A stretch of 64,000 nucleotides of DNA from an uncultured Planctomycetota bacterium (lineage in GTDB: Bacteria; Planctomycetota; Planctomycetia; Pirellulales; Lacipirellulaceae), in assembly GCA_963719315.1 (NCBI GenBank), contig CAVRBU010000002.1, forward strand, positions 1,920,001 to 1,984,000, given 5' to 3'. The notes under the pieces were generated by a model, which worked only from the letters and a program-made list of their open reading frames with translations, was not told the origin of the DNA and made no database searches. The position numbers and the translations under genes were made by a program. Positions 22,796 to 32,825 of the stretch are shown here, one piece after another (within the stretch, counting starts at the first letter, position 1; each line of letters begins with the position of its first letter).

Positions 22796-23590
22796 CTACG
22801 TGCGTGGCACAAACGCGAAGTTGTTAACGTATCCGCGCGGCAATCGGTACGGATCCGTACTGTTCAGTCGCTGGTGCATGGCCGGGTCGAACTCAGCCAG
22901 AGGCCGGCGGACGCGTTTCGTGAAAAAGCTCCCATCGTAACCGAGCGATCGGAGCAGGTCGAACACCGGTCGCACGTCGCCGTCCGGCCGATGCCGTGCT
23001 TCGCACTCCATGAGGATCGTCGGCTGGTGCACTGCCAGTGTCCGCTGTGCGCCCTCCAGCACGGCAAGTTCGTGTCCTTCGACATCGATCTTCAGGAAGT
23101 CCGGCCCCCGCGGCTTGTCCGCGAAGAAGTCGTCTAGTGTCGTAACGTCGACCAGTAAGGAGCGAGATGTAAGGGGCGAGGAACGACTATCTGGATTTAA
23201 ACTGGTCATCTCGCTCCTAACTTCTCGCTTCTGGCCCCTCGCCACGAGCGACGCTTCATGCGTCCGCCCCGCGCCGCTCGGCACGTGCAACGGCATCTCA
23301 CCGCATACATTCGAAACCGCCATCGGTACGATCGCCACATTGTCGTACCGCATCGCCGAAAACGCCTCGCGCAAATATGCCACTTGTTGCGGCTGGGGCT
23401 CGAAAGCGTAGACCGCACCACCTGGTCCCACGCTGCGGCGCATCCAGTACGTGTAGGCGCCCTTATGGCAACCGATATCCGCCGCCACTTGCCCCGGACG
23501 CAGGCTTTGGCAAACGAATCGCAGCTCAGCCGGATCGACGCGTAAGCGGTAGCGGTAGGCACGGTACAGATAGTTGAATTTGACGGACAT
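22796..23590 (-). CDS. FkbM family SAM-dependent methyltransferase
   Basis: DIGCHKGAYT, VYAFEP, TTLDDF, FLKIDVEGHELAVLEGA. Confidence 0.93.
   Translation of the reverse strand: MSVKFNYLYRAYRYRLRVDPAELRFVCQSLRPGQVAADIGCHKGAYTYWMRRSVGPGGAVYAFEPQPQQVAYLREAFSAMRYDNVAIVPMAVSNVCGEMPLHVPSGAGRTHEASLVARGQKREVRSEMTSLNPDSRSSPLTSRSLLVDVTTLDDFFADKPRGPDFLKIDVEGHELAVLEGAQRTLAVHQPTILMECEARHRPDGDVRPVFDLLRSLGYDGSFFTKRVRRPLAEFDPAMHQRLNSTDPYRLPRGYVNNFAFVPRT
22953..22981 (+). repeat. 29-bp direct repeat, copy 2 (inside the FkbM gene)
   Basis: Identical to 12724-12752; encodes GDVRPVFDLL on the minus strand. Confidence 0.9.
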
Positions 23591-23796
23591 CCGACCCGCA
23601 TTGTCGGCCGATTCCTAACGCCCCTCAACATCAAAAAATGTCCGCCATGCGAACAAAAACGCCTTGTTCTGAGCAGTCCGCCGTCAGACTCGCTTCCCGC
23701 GCGCGACAAGAGCCCGGCTGCTTACGCAACCAGGCTCTTTCGCTCCCCCCAAAGATATCCATACGCCTTGCCAATAGTCGCACACCACGACCCTGG

Positions 23797-25521
23797 TTAC
23801 CGCGCCACTCCCGCGCCGCCGCCCGTAGTTTCGTAGCTCACCTGTTGCGCGACCCGTTCGACCGGCGCGATTCGATATGGCTTCGCTTGTTGATACATAG
23901 TCAGACGATTCTTGTAGGCATCGCGTTCTTCCGCCGGAGCGAGTTGAATTGCTTGACGAACGGAATCCATCGCGCTCGCGAAGTCGCCGGCACTCGCTTG
24001 CGCCGCGGCGAGTGTGTCATAGTTAACGGCTTCTTTTTCGCCGCCCTGCTCAATTACCGTTTTGGCTCGTTCGATTGCCAGATCGGCGTTGCGAACGGAA
24101 CTGTCAGGGCAGGTCGCCAGCAGCCAGGCCAATCCGCCTTGGGCCTGGCTCGAACTCGGATCAAGTTTGATCGCCCGATCGTACTCGGCCACTGCATCGG
24201 CGTAGCGGCCGATGTCGGTCAACAAATCGGCGCGGCAAGCCGCCGCGTAGCCGTCGTCCGGCGCGAGTTGAACGGCGGCATCGTAGTGCGCGACGGCTTC
24301 GTCAATACGACCCAACAACTGGCACACTCGGCCACAACCGCGGTGCGCAACCGCCAGGTTGGCATCCAACCCAATCGCGCGCTTGTAATCCACAAGGGCC
24401 GAATCCAAATTATCCGCGACCATGAACAGCGCGGCTCGATTGGAATATGCCTTCGCGAACTGTGGATTGATTTGAATGGTGTGCGTGAAATCGTCGAACG
24501 CCTTCTCGAACTGGCCAGCTTGTGCCAGCAGGACGCCGCGATTGTGCAGCGCCCGCCAGCACGTCGGGTCGATGCGAACGGCGTCGCTGAAATCCAGGAT
24601 CGCTTCTTTGTTCTCGCCGGCCTCGGCTTTCAATTGGCCGCGGCGATTCAGCGACCACGAAATCAAGCTATTGGCGTACTGGGCAGTTCCTGGACTGGCT
24701 TGGCTGGCTTGTGCTCGCCGGCAAGTTTCGATGATGTGGGTATAGTCCTGTTCCATTTGCGCGTTAGTGCTCAGTTCGTGAGCTTCGGCGACCAGCCGGT
24801 CGGCAGGCGAAAGCGCTGCCGTCGACCTGGCTGTGGGCGCTGCGGCTGTCGGTTTGAGGCTTTGCGACGCCGGCTTAGCGGGCGGTGCTGTGTTCCAAGG
24901 CGAAACGGACGAAGAATTGGGAATCGGTGTAGCCGGCGTGGCAGAGCGACCCGCTTGTGCTGCCGGATTCGGTCGGGTCGCCGAATGAGCAAGCGCACTA
25001 TCTTGGCGAATCGGCTGCGGAGACCGACCGTCCGCCACACGCGCCGACTGGAAGTTATTGCTCGTTGGGGCTGCGCCCGGCATCCGCTGCGACATTGCCC
25101 GTCCGGCGGAAGACGACTGCGCAGTGACGCGCGACTGCGTACGAACGGCATTATTCGGTGCACCGTTCGGACCGCTCGACTGTGGAACGCGAGCCACGCT
25201 CTGGTTCGTTGTCGTTTGCCGACCGAATGGCAGTGTAGGCATCTTCAATTTCTGACCGCGATACTGCGCGCCGCCTCGATTGGACGTCGAAGTTTGAGCG
25301 CTGGCAGAAGACGAGTTCGGTCGCGGGCGCGAATCATAAAACCCGGCTTGCTGCACGGCTTCATCGATGTTGCGGCCGTCGATCGGCTGAGAGTATGCTG
25401 GGTCGCTAATGAATGCGGCTGGAACCGTGTCCCAAGCGCGGCAGGAGTTCAGCATTGCGGTCTGGCCGGCGAAACTGGCCAGCCCAATTACAACCATTGG
25501 GAAGTAGCGTGAACGACGCAT
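23797..25521 (-). CDS. tetratricopeptide repeat protein with a low-complexity N-terminal region
   Basis: Multiple TPRs (ALHNRG, AYSNRA, AHRGCG) and a planctomycete-type 'LAWLLATCPD..VRN...A...DTLAAA.A..G.F' tail. Confidence 0.88.
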   Translation of the reverse strand: MRRSRYFPMVVIGLASFAGQTAMLNSCRAWDTVPAAFISDPAYSQPIDGRNIDEAVQQAGFYDSRPRPNSSSASAQTSTSNRGGAQYRGQKLKMPTLPFGRQTTTNQSVARVPQSSGPNGAPNNAVRTQSRVTAQSSSAGRAMSQRMPGAAPTSNNFQSARVADGRSPQPIRQDSALAHSATRPNPAAQAGRSATPATPIPNSSSVSPWNTAPPAKPASQSLKPTAAAPTARSTAALSPADRLVAEAHELSTNAQMEQDYTHIIETCRRAQASQASPGTAQYANSLISWSLNRRGQLKAEAGENKEAILDFSDAVRIDPTCWRALHNRGVLLAQAGQFEKAFDDFTHTIQINPQFAKAYSNRAALFMVADNLDSALVDYKRAIGLDANLAVAHRGCGRVCQLLGRIDEAVAHYDAAVQLAPDDGYAAACRADLLTDIGRYADAVAEYDRAIKLDPSSSQAQGGLAWLLATCPDSSVRNADLAIERAKTVIEQGGEKEAVNYDTLAAAQASAGDFASAMDSVRQAIQLAPAEERDAYKNRLTMYQQAKPYRIAPVERVAQQVSYETTGGGAGVAR

Positions 25522-25754
25522 GGTTGAACCCATCCAACTTCGTTTGAGGGAAAAGTTGCAATCAGCGTATGGCAAGGCAGGCGCATCGTGAGTTGACGAA
25601 TGACCCCGCTCCACACGCTGTGGCATGTCGCACTCTATCGGCCTACCGCGTGCCTCAACCTAATCGGAACTAGCAGAAAACTCAGCAAAATCGGCAAAGC
25701 TTGACCAACTTCACAAGACGTATGCTGCCAGCATCGATATCAAACCGCGCACAA

Positions 25755-25774
25755 CAGCAGCAGCAGCAGCAGCA
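25755..25774. repeat. (CAG)6 trinucleotide microsatellite, intergenic
   Basis: CAGCAGCAGCAGCAGCAGCA between the two TPR genes. Confidence 0.7.
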
Positions 25775-25829
25775 CAAGTCAACGCAAGCAGAAGGCACAG
25801 CCCGACATTTTGTTGGGCGATTCGCGCTG

Positions 25830-27601
25830 CTACTGTCCCGAACTGGGCGCCGGCCGCGACGACGGTAGTGGAGCTGGCGACTCGTGCGAAGCCCTTCGTA
25901 CTGCCGAGGGAGCCGGAGGAGCGCTCGAATACATCCGGCCTTGCTTATAGAGTGCCAGCCGCTGCTCCAGCGGCGTGGAATTGTCGCGCGGCGCCGCGCT
26001 GATGGCTTTCTCTTCGAGTTGCACCGCCTGCTTGAACTGCCCGGCGCATGCATGGGCAGCCGCCAGCGTATCGAGGATCAAATAATCATCGGGCGACGAA
26101 AGCAGGGCAGCCTGCTCGGCTTCGGCCAAGGCCTGCTTCGCATTGCGAACACGTTGGTCGGCACATGTCGCTTGCAGCCAGGCCAGACTGCGATGGGCAT
26201 CGGCCCAATTCGCATCGATCGCGATCGCGCGGTGGAAATCCTCTTGGGCCTGCTCGAACTTGCCTTGCTCAGCAGCCAAATTCCCCCGCTGCGTGAAGGC
26301 GCCTGGGTCGTGAGGCGCCAGTTTCAAGGCACGCGTAAGATCGGTCGCTGCGTGAGGAAAATCGCCAAGACGTTGGTAGGCATACGCACGGGCGCAGAGC
26401 AGAGTCGCATCGTTTGGCAGCGTTTCAAGCGCTTGACTATAATCGGCCACAGCTTCTTCCATGCGCCCGAGCGCGGCCAGCAGCTCTGCTCGATTGCGAT
26501 ACGCGACTGCCAAACCCGGATTCAATTCGATCACTCGATTGAAGTCGCGGAGCGCGGCCCCGAATTGGTTTCGCTGCGCCAGAGTGACCGCTCGGTTATG
26601 AATTGCCAGCGAGCAGACCGGATCCATCGAGATCGCGACCTGGAAGTCGTGGATGGCGTCGTCCGGACGCTGCCCGTCCGCCATCAACTCGCCGCGGCGG
26701 TTGTACGCCCACGCCGAGAGCTTACGCAGCGATGACAGCAATTCCGCGGATGGTTTGCCGTGGATGCCGCGGTCGCACAAGTCGATGACGGCCGACAACT
26801 CTTCGGTCGACTCGGCGCGGGTGGCGGCCTGCTGAGCCTGCCGAAGCCAATCTTCAGGTGTGTCCATGCAATCCGAAACGATGGTGGGGGACACGACTTC
26901 CTCGTCGGCGGTAACGGCAACTGGATTAATTGCGAATGCCGAATAAATGCGGCTAGGTTCTTTGGGAGCCGGTTCGAGAATCATCGCTGGCACCGGTTTT
27001 TCACCGATCGACAGTGCATTCGGTGGCGCTTGCAAATTAGCGGGGCTCGGCGCAGGTCCAACGTTCAATTCGTCTGCAGGAGCGATCGAAGCTGGCTGCG
27101 TTAGCGGCGCTGGCGTGAAGCGAATGATTGGGTCCGGTCCCGTGAGACGGTCGTAAAACGCCGGATCGGTCGGGGCAGCTTGGATTGCGGCGCGGTGGCG
27201 TAATTTCTCGGCCGGCGGCAATTGATCCCAGGAAGGGTGCGCCGGTTTGGCCGGAGGCGAAAGTACTGCCGACCTGATGGGCGAAGGCTCCTCGTGAGGA
27301 AGCACGGGCCGTTGCCAGCGGCTGACCGGCCCCGGGCGGAGCGATGTATCCACCGGCGGCGCCTTTGACATATTGGCAAATGGGTTCTGATAGGCAATCG
27401 ACCCCCTGGCGCGGCCTGCGGCTCCTCGACGACCGTTCGCGGTTTTGGCTGCGATGCAAAAAACGGATTGTTGATGACATTCGTCGGCGCAGTTATCTCA
27501 ATCTCACCTTCCGCACTAGCGCGCTCGGCAGCTAACGAAACACCTGCGGCCAGAACCAGGAGTGCGACGTGCAACATTATTCCTGATAGCTTGTGTGCCA
27601 T
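25830..27601 (-). CDS. secreted tetratricopeptide repeat protein (frameshift near 27400)
   Basis: Signal peptide MAHKLSGIMLHVALLVLAAG in one frame; Pro-rich linker, TPRs and the same 'LAWLQATC...DTLAAAHA' tail in another. Confidence 0.85.
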
Positions 27602-27651
27602 CCTATCGACTCCATTCAAGTTGGTTGCCACAAACCATGGACATTTGACAC

Positions 27652-29067
27652 CTATTCGCGAGGTTCTGTCATCTTCCAGGGATCGAGGGCGTCGTCGAGC
27701 TCTGCATCGGGCAGCACCTTCCGCTCGCGGCACAGATCGCGAATCGTCTTGCCGCTATCGAACGCCTCCTTGGCGAACGCTGCCGCTTGTTCGTAACCAA
27801 TCTTCGGGGCCAGCGCTGTGACCATCATCAGCGATTGCTCAATTAGCTGGCGGCATCGCTCTTCGTTGACGACCAGCCCAGTGAGCAACTTGTCCACCAA
27901 CACGTCTGTGACGTTTGCCAGTAACTTCACCGATTCCAGGAAAGCGTCGATCATCACCGGCATCGCCACGTTGAGTTCGAACAGTGAGCCGATGCCGCCC
28001 AGGCCGGCCGTCGTGACGACCACATCGTTGCCCAACACGCGGCAAACGACTTGAACGACCGATTCCGCGATAACTGGATTCACTTTTCCAGGCATGATCG
28101 ACGAGCCGGGCTGGGTGGCCGGCAGCGACAACTCGAAAAATCCGCACCGCGGACCGGAGCCGAGCAAGCGGATGTCGCTCGCGATTTTCGAGAGCGAAAC
28201 AGCGATCGTTTTCAACTCACCGTGGGCCTCGACGAATGAGTCCTTGGCCGCCTGGGCCTCCGGATGATTGGCGGCCTCACTGAAAGTGCCGCCAAGCTCG
28301 TTCGAGAGCGCAACGCACACCTTTTCCGCGAACTTGGGATGCGTATTGATGCCAGTTCCGACGGCCGTGCCGCCGATCGGCAAGTTTTCTTCGAGCCGCT
28401 TGAGGGCCCGGCTAGCCCGCACGGTTGCGTAATGGGCTTGAGCCGCGTAGCCGGAAAACACTTGGCCGACGCGGATCGGCGTGGCATCCATCAAATGCGT
28501 GCGGCCGATTTTGACGATCTTATCCCATTCCTTCGCCTTGCCGGCGAGGTCCTTGTGCAATCGTTCGAGTGCGGGTATCAAATTGTGGGCGATCGAAATA
28601 CTGGCAGCAATGTGCATCGCCGCGGGAAACGTGTCGTTCGACGACTGGCCCATATTGACGTGATCGTTCGGATGAACGGCGCCTTCTTTTCCCTTAGCGC
28701 CGAGGCCGAAGCCGAGCCGATGATTGGCCAAATTCGCGATCACTTCGTTGGCGTTCGTATTGGTCGAAGTGCCCGAGCCGGTTTGGTAGATATCAACTGG
28801 AAAATGAGAGTCGTGTTTGCCAGCCGCGACTTCTTCGCAGGCGGAGATGATCGACTTGGCCAGCTTCTCATCGAGCTTGCCCAGTTCCAAGTTGGCGCGG
28901 GCACAGGCTGCCTTCAGATAGCCAAACGAGTGAATCATCGCAGCCGGCACGGGCTCGAGCGAAACCGGGAAATTCTCGATCGCCCGGGCGGTCGAAGCTC
29001 CGTACAGCGCATCGGCAGGCACCTGCATCTCGCCCATCGTGTCGCGTTCAGTTCGAAATCTGCTCAT
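27652..29067 (-). CDS. fumC: class II fumarate hydratase
   Basis: MSRFRTERDTMGE, QTGSGTSTN, HPNDHVN.GQSSND, KIGRTHLMDATP, GSSIMPGKVNP. Confidence 0.95.
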   Translation of the reverse strand: MSRFRTERDTMGEMQVPADALYGASTARAIENFPVSLEPVPAAMIHSFGYLKAACARANLELGKLDEKLAKSIISACEEVAAGKHDSHFPVDIYQTGSGTSTNTNANEVIANLANHRLGFGLGAKGKEGAVHPNDHVNMGQSSNDTFPAAMHIAASISIAHNLIPALERLHKDLAGKAKEWDKIVKIGRTHLMDATPIRVGQVFSGYAAQAHYATVRASRALKRLEENLPIGGTAVGTGINTHPKFAEKVCVALSNELGGTFSEAANHPEAQAAKDSFVEAHGELKTIAVSLSKIASDIRLLGSGPRCGFFELSLPATQPGSSIMPGKVNPVIAESVVQVVCRVLGNDVVVTTAGLGGIGSLFELNVAMPVMIDAFLESVKLLANVTDVLVDKLLTGLVVNEERCRQLIEQSLMMVTALAPKIGYEQAAAFAKEAFDSGKTIRDLCRERKVLPDAELDDALDPWKMTEPRE

Positions 29068-29491
29068 TGTGGTAAATCTTATTTCAACAAAAAACGAACA
29101 GTCTGGCCGCGCACGCGAATCGGCATTTGCGTTCCTGGAACTCGCTAGCTTCGAAAAATACTGTCGGATGATACTGATGCATGCTCGGCAGCGGAATGGG
29201 AAATCGAGCCGGTGCGTCGTGCAATCCAGACTCAAAACGCTGTCAACGATAGCGTTTTCGCGGGCGTTCGTTAAGATGGTGAAGGTAGTCGCCACGCACA
29301 AAGGCCGGTTTCGCACTCGCTAATATGAAAACTTCCGAGTTCTTGCATTTCGCGTTTCGGGCACGGAACCCGCTCGCCCAGGTGCGGGCCGGTTTCGCCG
29401 AATTGACCAAGAACATTGACCCGGCAGAGGATGTTCCGCTGTTGCTGTTCGAAACGCACATACAATGGTAACAGCAACGGCAGCAGAAAAT

Positions 29492-30274
29492 ATGCCGACA
29501 ATTCTCGACAAAATCGTGGCCACCAAACGCGCGGAGATTGAGCGTGCGAAGGCGGCGTTGCCCGAATCGGAACTCCAGGCACAGATTGCCGATGCGCCCG
29601 AGCTCCGCGATTTTTTCACGCCCCTCGCAACCGGCGGCCCAATTCGACTAATCGCGGAAGTAAAGAAGGCCAGCCCCTCGGCCGGTGTGATTCGGGCAGA
29701 CTTCGACGCGGTAGCCATCGCCAATACCTACGAAGCGCACGGCGCATCCTGCATCAGTGTGTTGACGGATGAATTGTATTTCCAAGGCAGCATCGAATAC
29801 CTGCGGCAGATTCGTGCAGCCGTTAGGCTCCCAGTGCTGCGAAAGGACTTTATTCTCGATACGTATCAGGTGCTCGAAGCCCGCGCGGCGGGTGCCGACG
29901 CCGTGCTGCTTATCGCGGAATGTTTGGACGAATGCAATCTGCGGAAGCTGTTCAACGCGATCTGCGAATTGGGCATGTCGCCGCTGGTCGAACTTTATGA
30001 ACCAGAGAATCTGCAGCGGGTTTTTGACGCTGGCGCTACGTTGATTGGTATCAATAACCGTAACCTGCACACGTTCGAGGTGGACCTGGAACATACAATC
30101 CGGATGAGGAAGCTGGTGCCCGACGAGTGCGTGCTTGTCGGCGAAAGCGGCATCAGAACACGCGACGATGTCGAACGACTGGAGTCAGCCGGTGTAGACG
30201 CGATATTGGTCGGCGAATCGTTGATGCGCGAGCCCGACATCGGCGCTGCCGTCGATCGGCTACTCGGACACTAG
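29492..30274 (+). CDS. trpC: indole-3-glycerol phosphate synthase
   Basis: IAEVKKASPSAG, SVLTD..YFQGS, LRKDF, GADAVLLI, GINNRNL, ESGI, VGESLM. Confidence 0.97.
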   Translation: MPTILDKIVATKRAEIERAKAALPESELQAQIADAPELRDFFTPLATGGPIRLIAEVKKASPSAGVIRADFDAVAIANTYEAHGASCISVLTDELYFQGSIEYLRQIRAAVRLPVLRKDFILDTYQVLEARAAGADAVLLIAECLDECNLRKLFNAICELGMSPLVELYEPENLQRVFDAGATLIGINNRNLHTFEVDLEHTIRMRKLVPDECVLVGESGIRTRDDVERLESAGVDAILVGESLMREPDIGAAVDRLLGH

Positions 30275-30292
30275 CGCAACTGTCGATTTACA

Positions 30293-30613
30293 ATGAGCGA
30301 GTTCATCCAAATCACGACGACGACGGGAAACCGCCAGGATGCCGAGCAGATTGCGGCGGAATTGGTGTCCCGTCGCCTTGCGGGTTGCGTGCAGGTGAGC
30401 GGACCGATCATGAGCACGTTCCGCTGGCAGGGCAAAGTTGAAACGGCCGAAGAGTGGATGTGCGTCATTAAAACGAGTCGGGTGCAGTTGGGTGCAATTA
30501 GCCAGGCGTTTCGAGAATTTCATCCGTATGAAGTACCGGAGTTGATCGCTACGTTGATCGTGGACGGCAACGAGGCATATTTGAAATGGCTGGGTGAACA
30601 ACTGGGCAGCTAA
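30293..30613 (+). CDS. cutA: divalent-cation tolerance protein CutA
   Basis: LVSRRLAGCVQ, S.FRWQGKVE, HPYEVPELI, YLKWL. Confidence 0.95.
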   Translation: MSEFIQITTTTGNRQDAEQIAAELVSRRLAGCVQVSGPIMSTFRWQGKVETAEEWMCVIKTSRVQLGAISQAFREFHPYEVPELIATLIVDGNEAYLKWLGEQLGS

Positions 30614-30800
30614 GCCGCAAATGGAGCCAGCGATAGCGATGCTGGCGTGGTGGCAATCACCACTACCTTCTCGCAGATTTCATCTGGCACCCAAGCGGGC
30701 CGTTTCATAAGCTACGACACTTTGTGCAAGCGGCTTCCTCAGCGCCGGCACAAAAAAGCGGCTCTGGTCGCGACTCATCAAATTCTCGTCTCCTCGATCA

Positions 30801-32458
30801 ATGCGGCACGACACATCATCATTTGCCCATGGTCCGCGCGCAAAACGCCACCACTCGTTCATGCGAAAAGTGTGGTGCGACACGGAATTGCCGCCCGACT
30901 TGATCGAAAAACTCTGGGGGGGCGATGTCGATCGTGTCCTGTTTGCTTCCACTCCGCTACAGGTGAAAGATCGCTGCATCGTGGGACGCTTTGAAATCGA
31001 CTCGCGATCTCTGTTAATCAAGCGACACACCTGGGGCGGAGTGTCGCGCACGCTCCGTATGGCCTTCCGAGAGCCGGCAGCGAATAGCTGTGCAAGACTG
31101 GGAGTGTATTTGCATAATCTAGGCATTCCCACGCCGCGCCCGGCGCAACGGTAGATTCCCGCGTTGGCCCGTGGATCTATCGCTCGTATCTCGTTAGCGA
31201 CTACGTCGAAGGCACTTCGCTTTACAGGTATATTCGCCGCGGGTCGCAGTCAGAAGATGAATTGCGGCATATCGCGGAACAAGCGGCGCGAATCTGGCGG
31301 AGTTTGGTCGAGTTGGGAGTGAGTCACAATGATTTCAAGCCGGAAAACTTCATCGTTGACAAACAACTGAAGGTGTGGCTGATCGATCTGGAAAAGGCGC
31401 GCGTCTGTGGCAAGGCCGACCGGCAGCGCCAACGGCAGATTCTCGACGTCCAAAACTTCCTGCACATTCGCGGCTGGCACCGGCGAGCCGAAGCTCGGGC
31501 CATTTTCGCGGCGGCTTTTTTGCAGACGCCTTACCGAAATTGGCTTTCGGCAGCCGGCGTGGACCGAGTGGCTGCGGGGTTCGGCCTCAATGATAGCGAA
31601 TGCGACCCGGAACTATCGGTGCTCATAGCTTGCGATGGCGGTATGAAGATGCCGCTAGTGATGCCGGCAATCGATTCGGTGCAAGACATCGCCGATGAAG
31701 TCGTGCTCGTGGAACCAACCGACGGGGGTCGGCTGGATGTGTTGAAGCGGATTGACGTGTGCGCCCGAGCTAAGCAGGCGCCCATTCTTAAGAAATCAAC
31801 CGCGGTGTCGGCTGCACTACCGCTGGTCCGTTTCAATTGGGTATTAACACTCCGACAAAACGAATGCGTCACGCCATTTCTGGCCAAGGAACTGCAACAG
31901 CGAATCGCCGATGGAAAGGGCGACTCAACCCTTCGGATTCCGATTGAACAGCAATACTTTGGCCGGTCCATTGCACGGCCTGGGGGCGATCCGCCAATTC
32001 GCTTGTTCCGGCGATCCGAATGTTCGTTTGCGATCAGTGGTGGTAGCATAAAAGTCACGGGCAGTGACGGGAATGTCGGGCGATTGACCGGCACAATCCG
32101 GGCCAACGAATGTGGGGCAGTGTCCGAATTCGTTGATCGCCTGAACGAGGAATCGGACGGCGCGGCAATACGTCGCCTTAATGCAGGCGAACGACCGCGG
32201 TTGATCCGCGCCGGCTGGAAGGCCGCGTCACAGTTTGTCGCCGCCTGCCTGCGGAGCAGCGGGATTCGCAGCGGTTGGACTGGGCTGCAAATCTCCGCAC
32301 TCGAGGCCGCGTTCACTTGGGTTGAAGAGACCAAGCTCTACCAACTCGCGGGCGAGTTTCGCAGCGGAAACTCTTGCGGCGATGCCCAATTTGCCCTCGA
32401 CGCCAAAACTTCCGACGAGCACATCTCGTCTGCTTCGCCCCGCGCGAAAGCGGCGTAG
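30801..32458 (+). CDS. lipopolysaccharide kinase (Kdo/WaaP/InaA-like) fused to a degenerate GT2-like domain (frameshift near 31143)
   Basis: LLIKR, GIPTPRP, SYLVSDYVEG, HNDFKPEN, LIDLE; C-terminal LSVLI...SV..IADEVVLV...WVLTLRQNE..TP.LAKEL...RLFRR...GW.GL. Confidence 0.8.
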
Positions 32459-32825
32459 CAAAGCCGGTTGATATCTACTCGATCTGGGCCGATCGCCCGA
32501 TTTCGCATTCTGTTCGGCGAAACGCCTCGCTCCCGTGAGGCACTCTCTTCCGGGAACCCCGGCTTTCACCGTTGCATTTTTGCAACGCTCTTCGGCCATT
32601 CTGGCCCCCGATTTTAACGCCTGTATCGCTTCTGCTCCCATCTGGCGGCGTCGCAAACAGCACTATTTGTATGAACCGCACAATCGTCTGAATTCATTGA
32701 CATTTAGCCAGTGTGACTAGCATGGAACTTGTACCCCAATTTGCCTACTCATCGCCGTTTCTCCTCTAAGTCGGAGCCGCTAGCAGCTCTGTTGCTCGCG
32801 CCCGACGGATTTGGCACGAGCACCC

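Noticed and set aside
23638..25512. 624-aa plus-strand ORF
   Set aside because: Antisense shadow of the TPR gene in GC-rich DNA; Arg-rich with no motifs
29100..29440. Possible fourth copy of the R repeat or an ncRNA in the fumC-trpC divergent gap
   Set aside because: Lacks the GCAAAA-N-TTTTGCACGCGAAAA core; no alignment or stable structure could be supported by eye
32697..32723. TTGACA...TAGCAT sigma70 promoter upstream of the DNRLRE gene
   Set aside because: The spacer is only 15 nt; insufficient support
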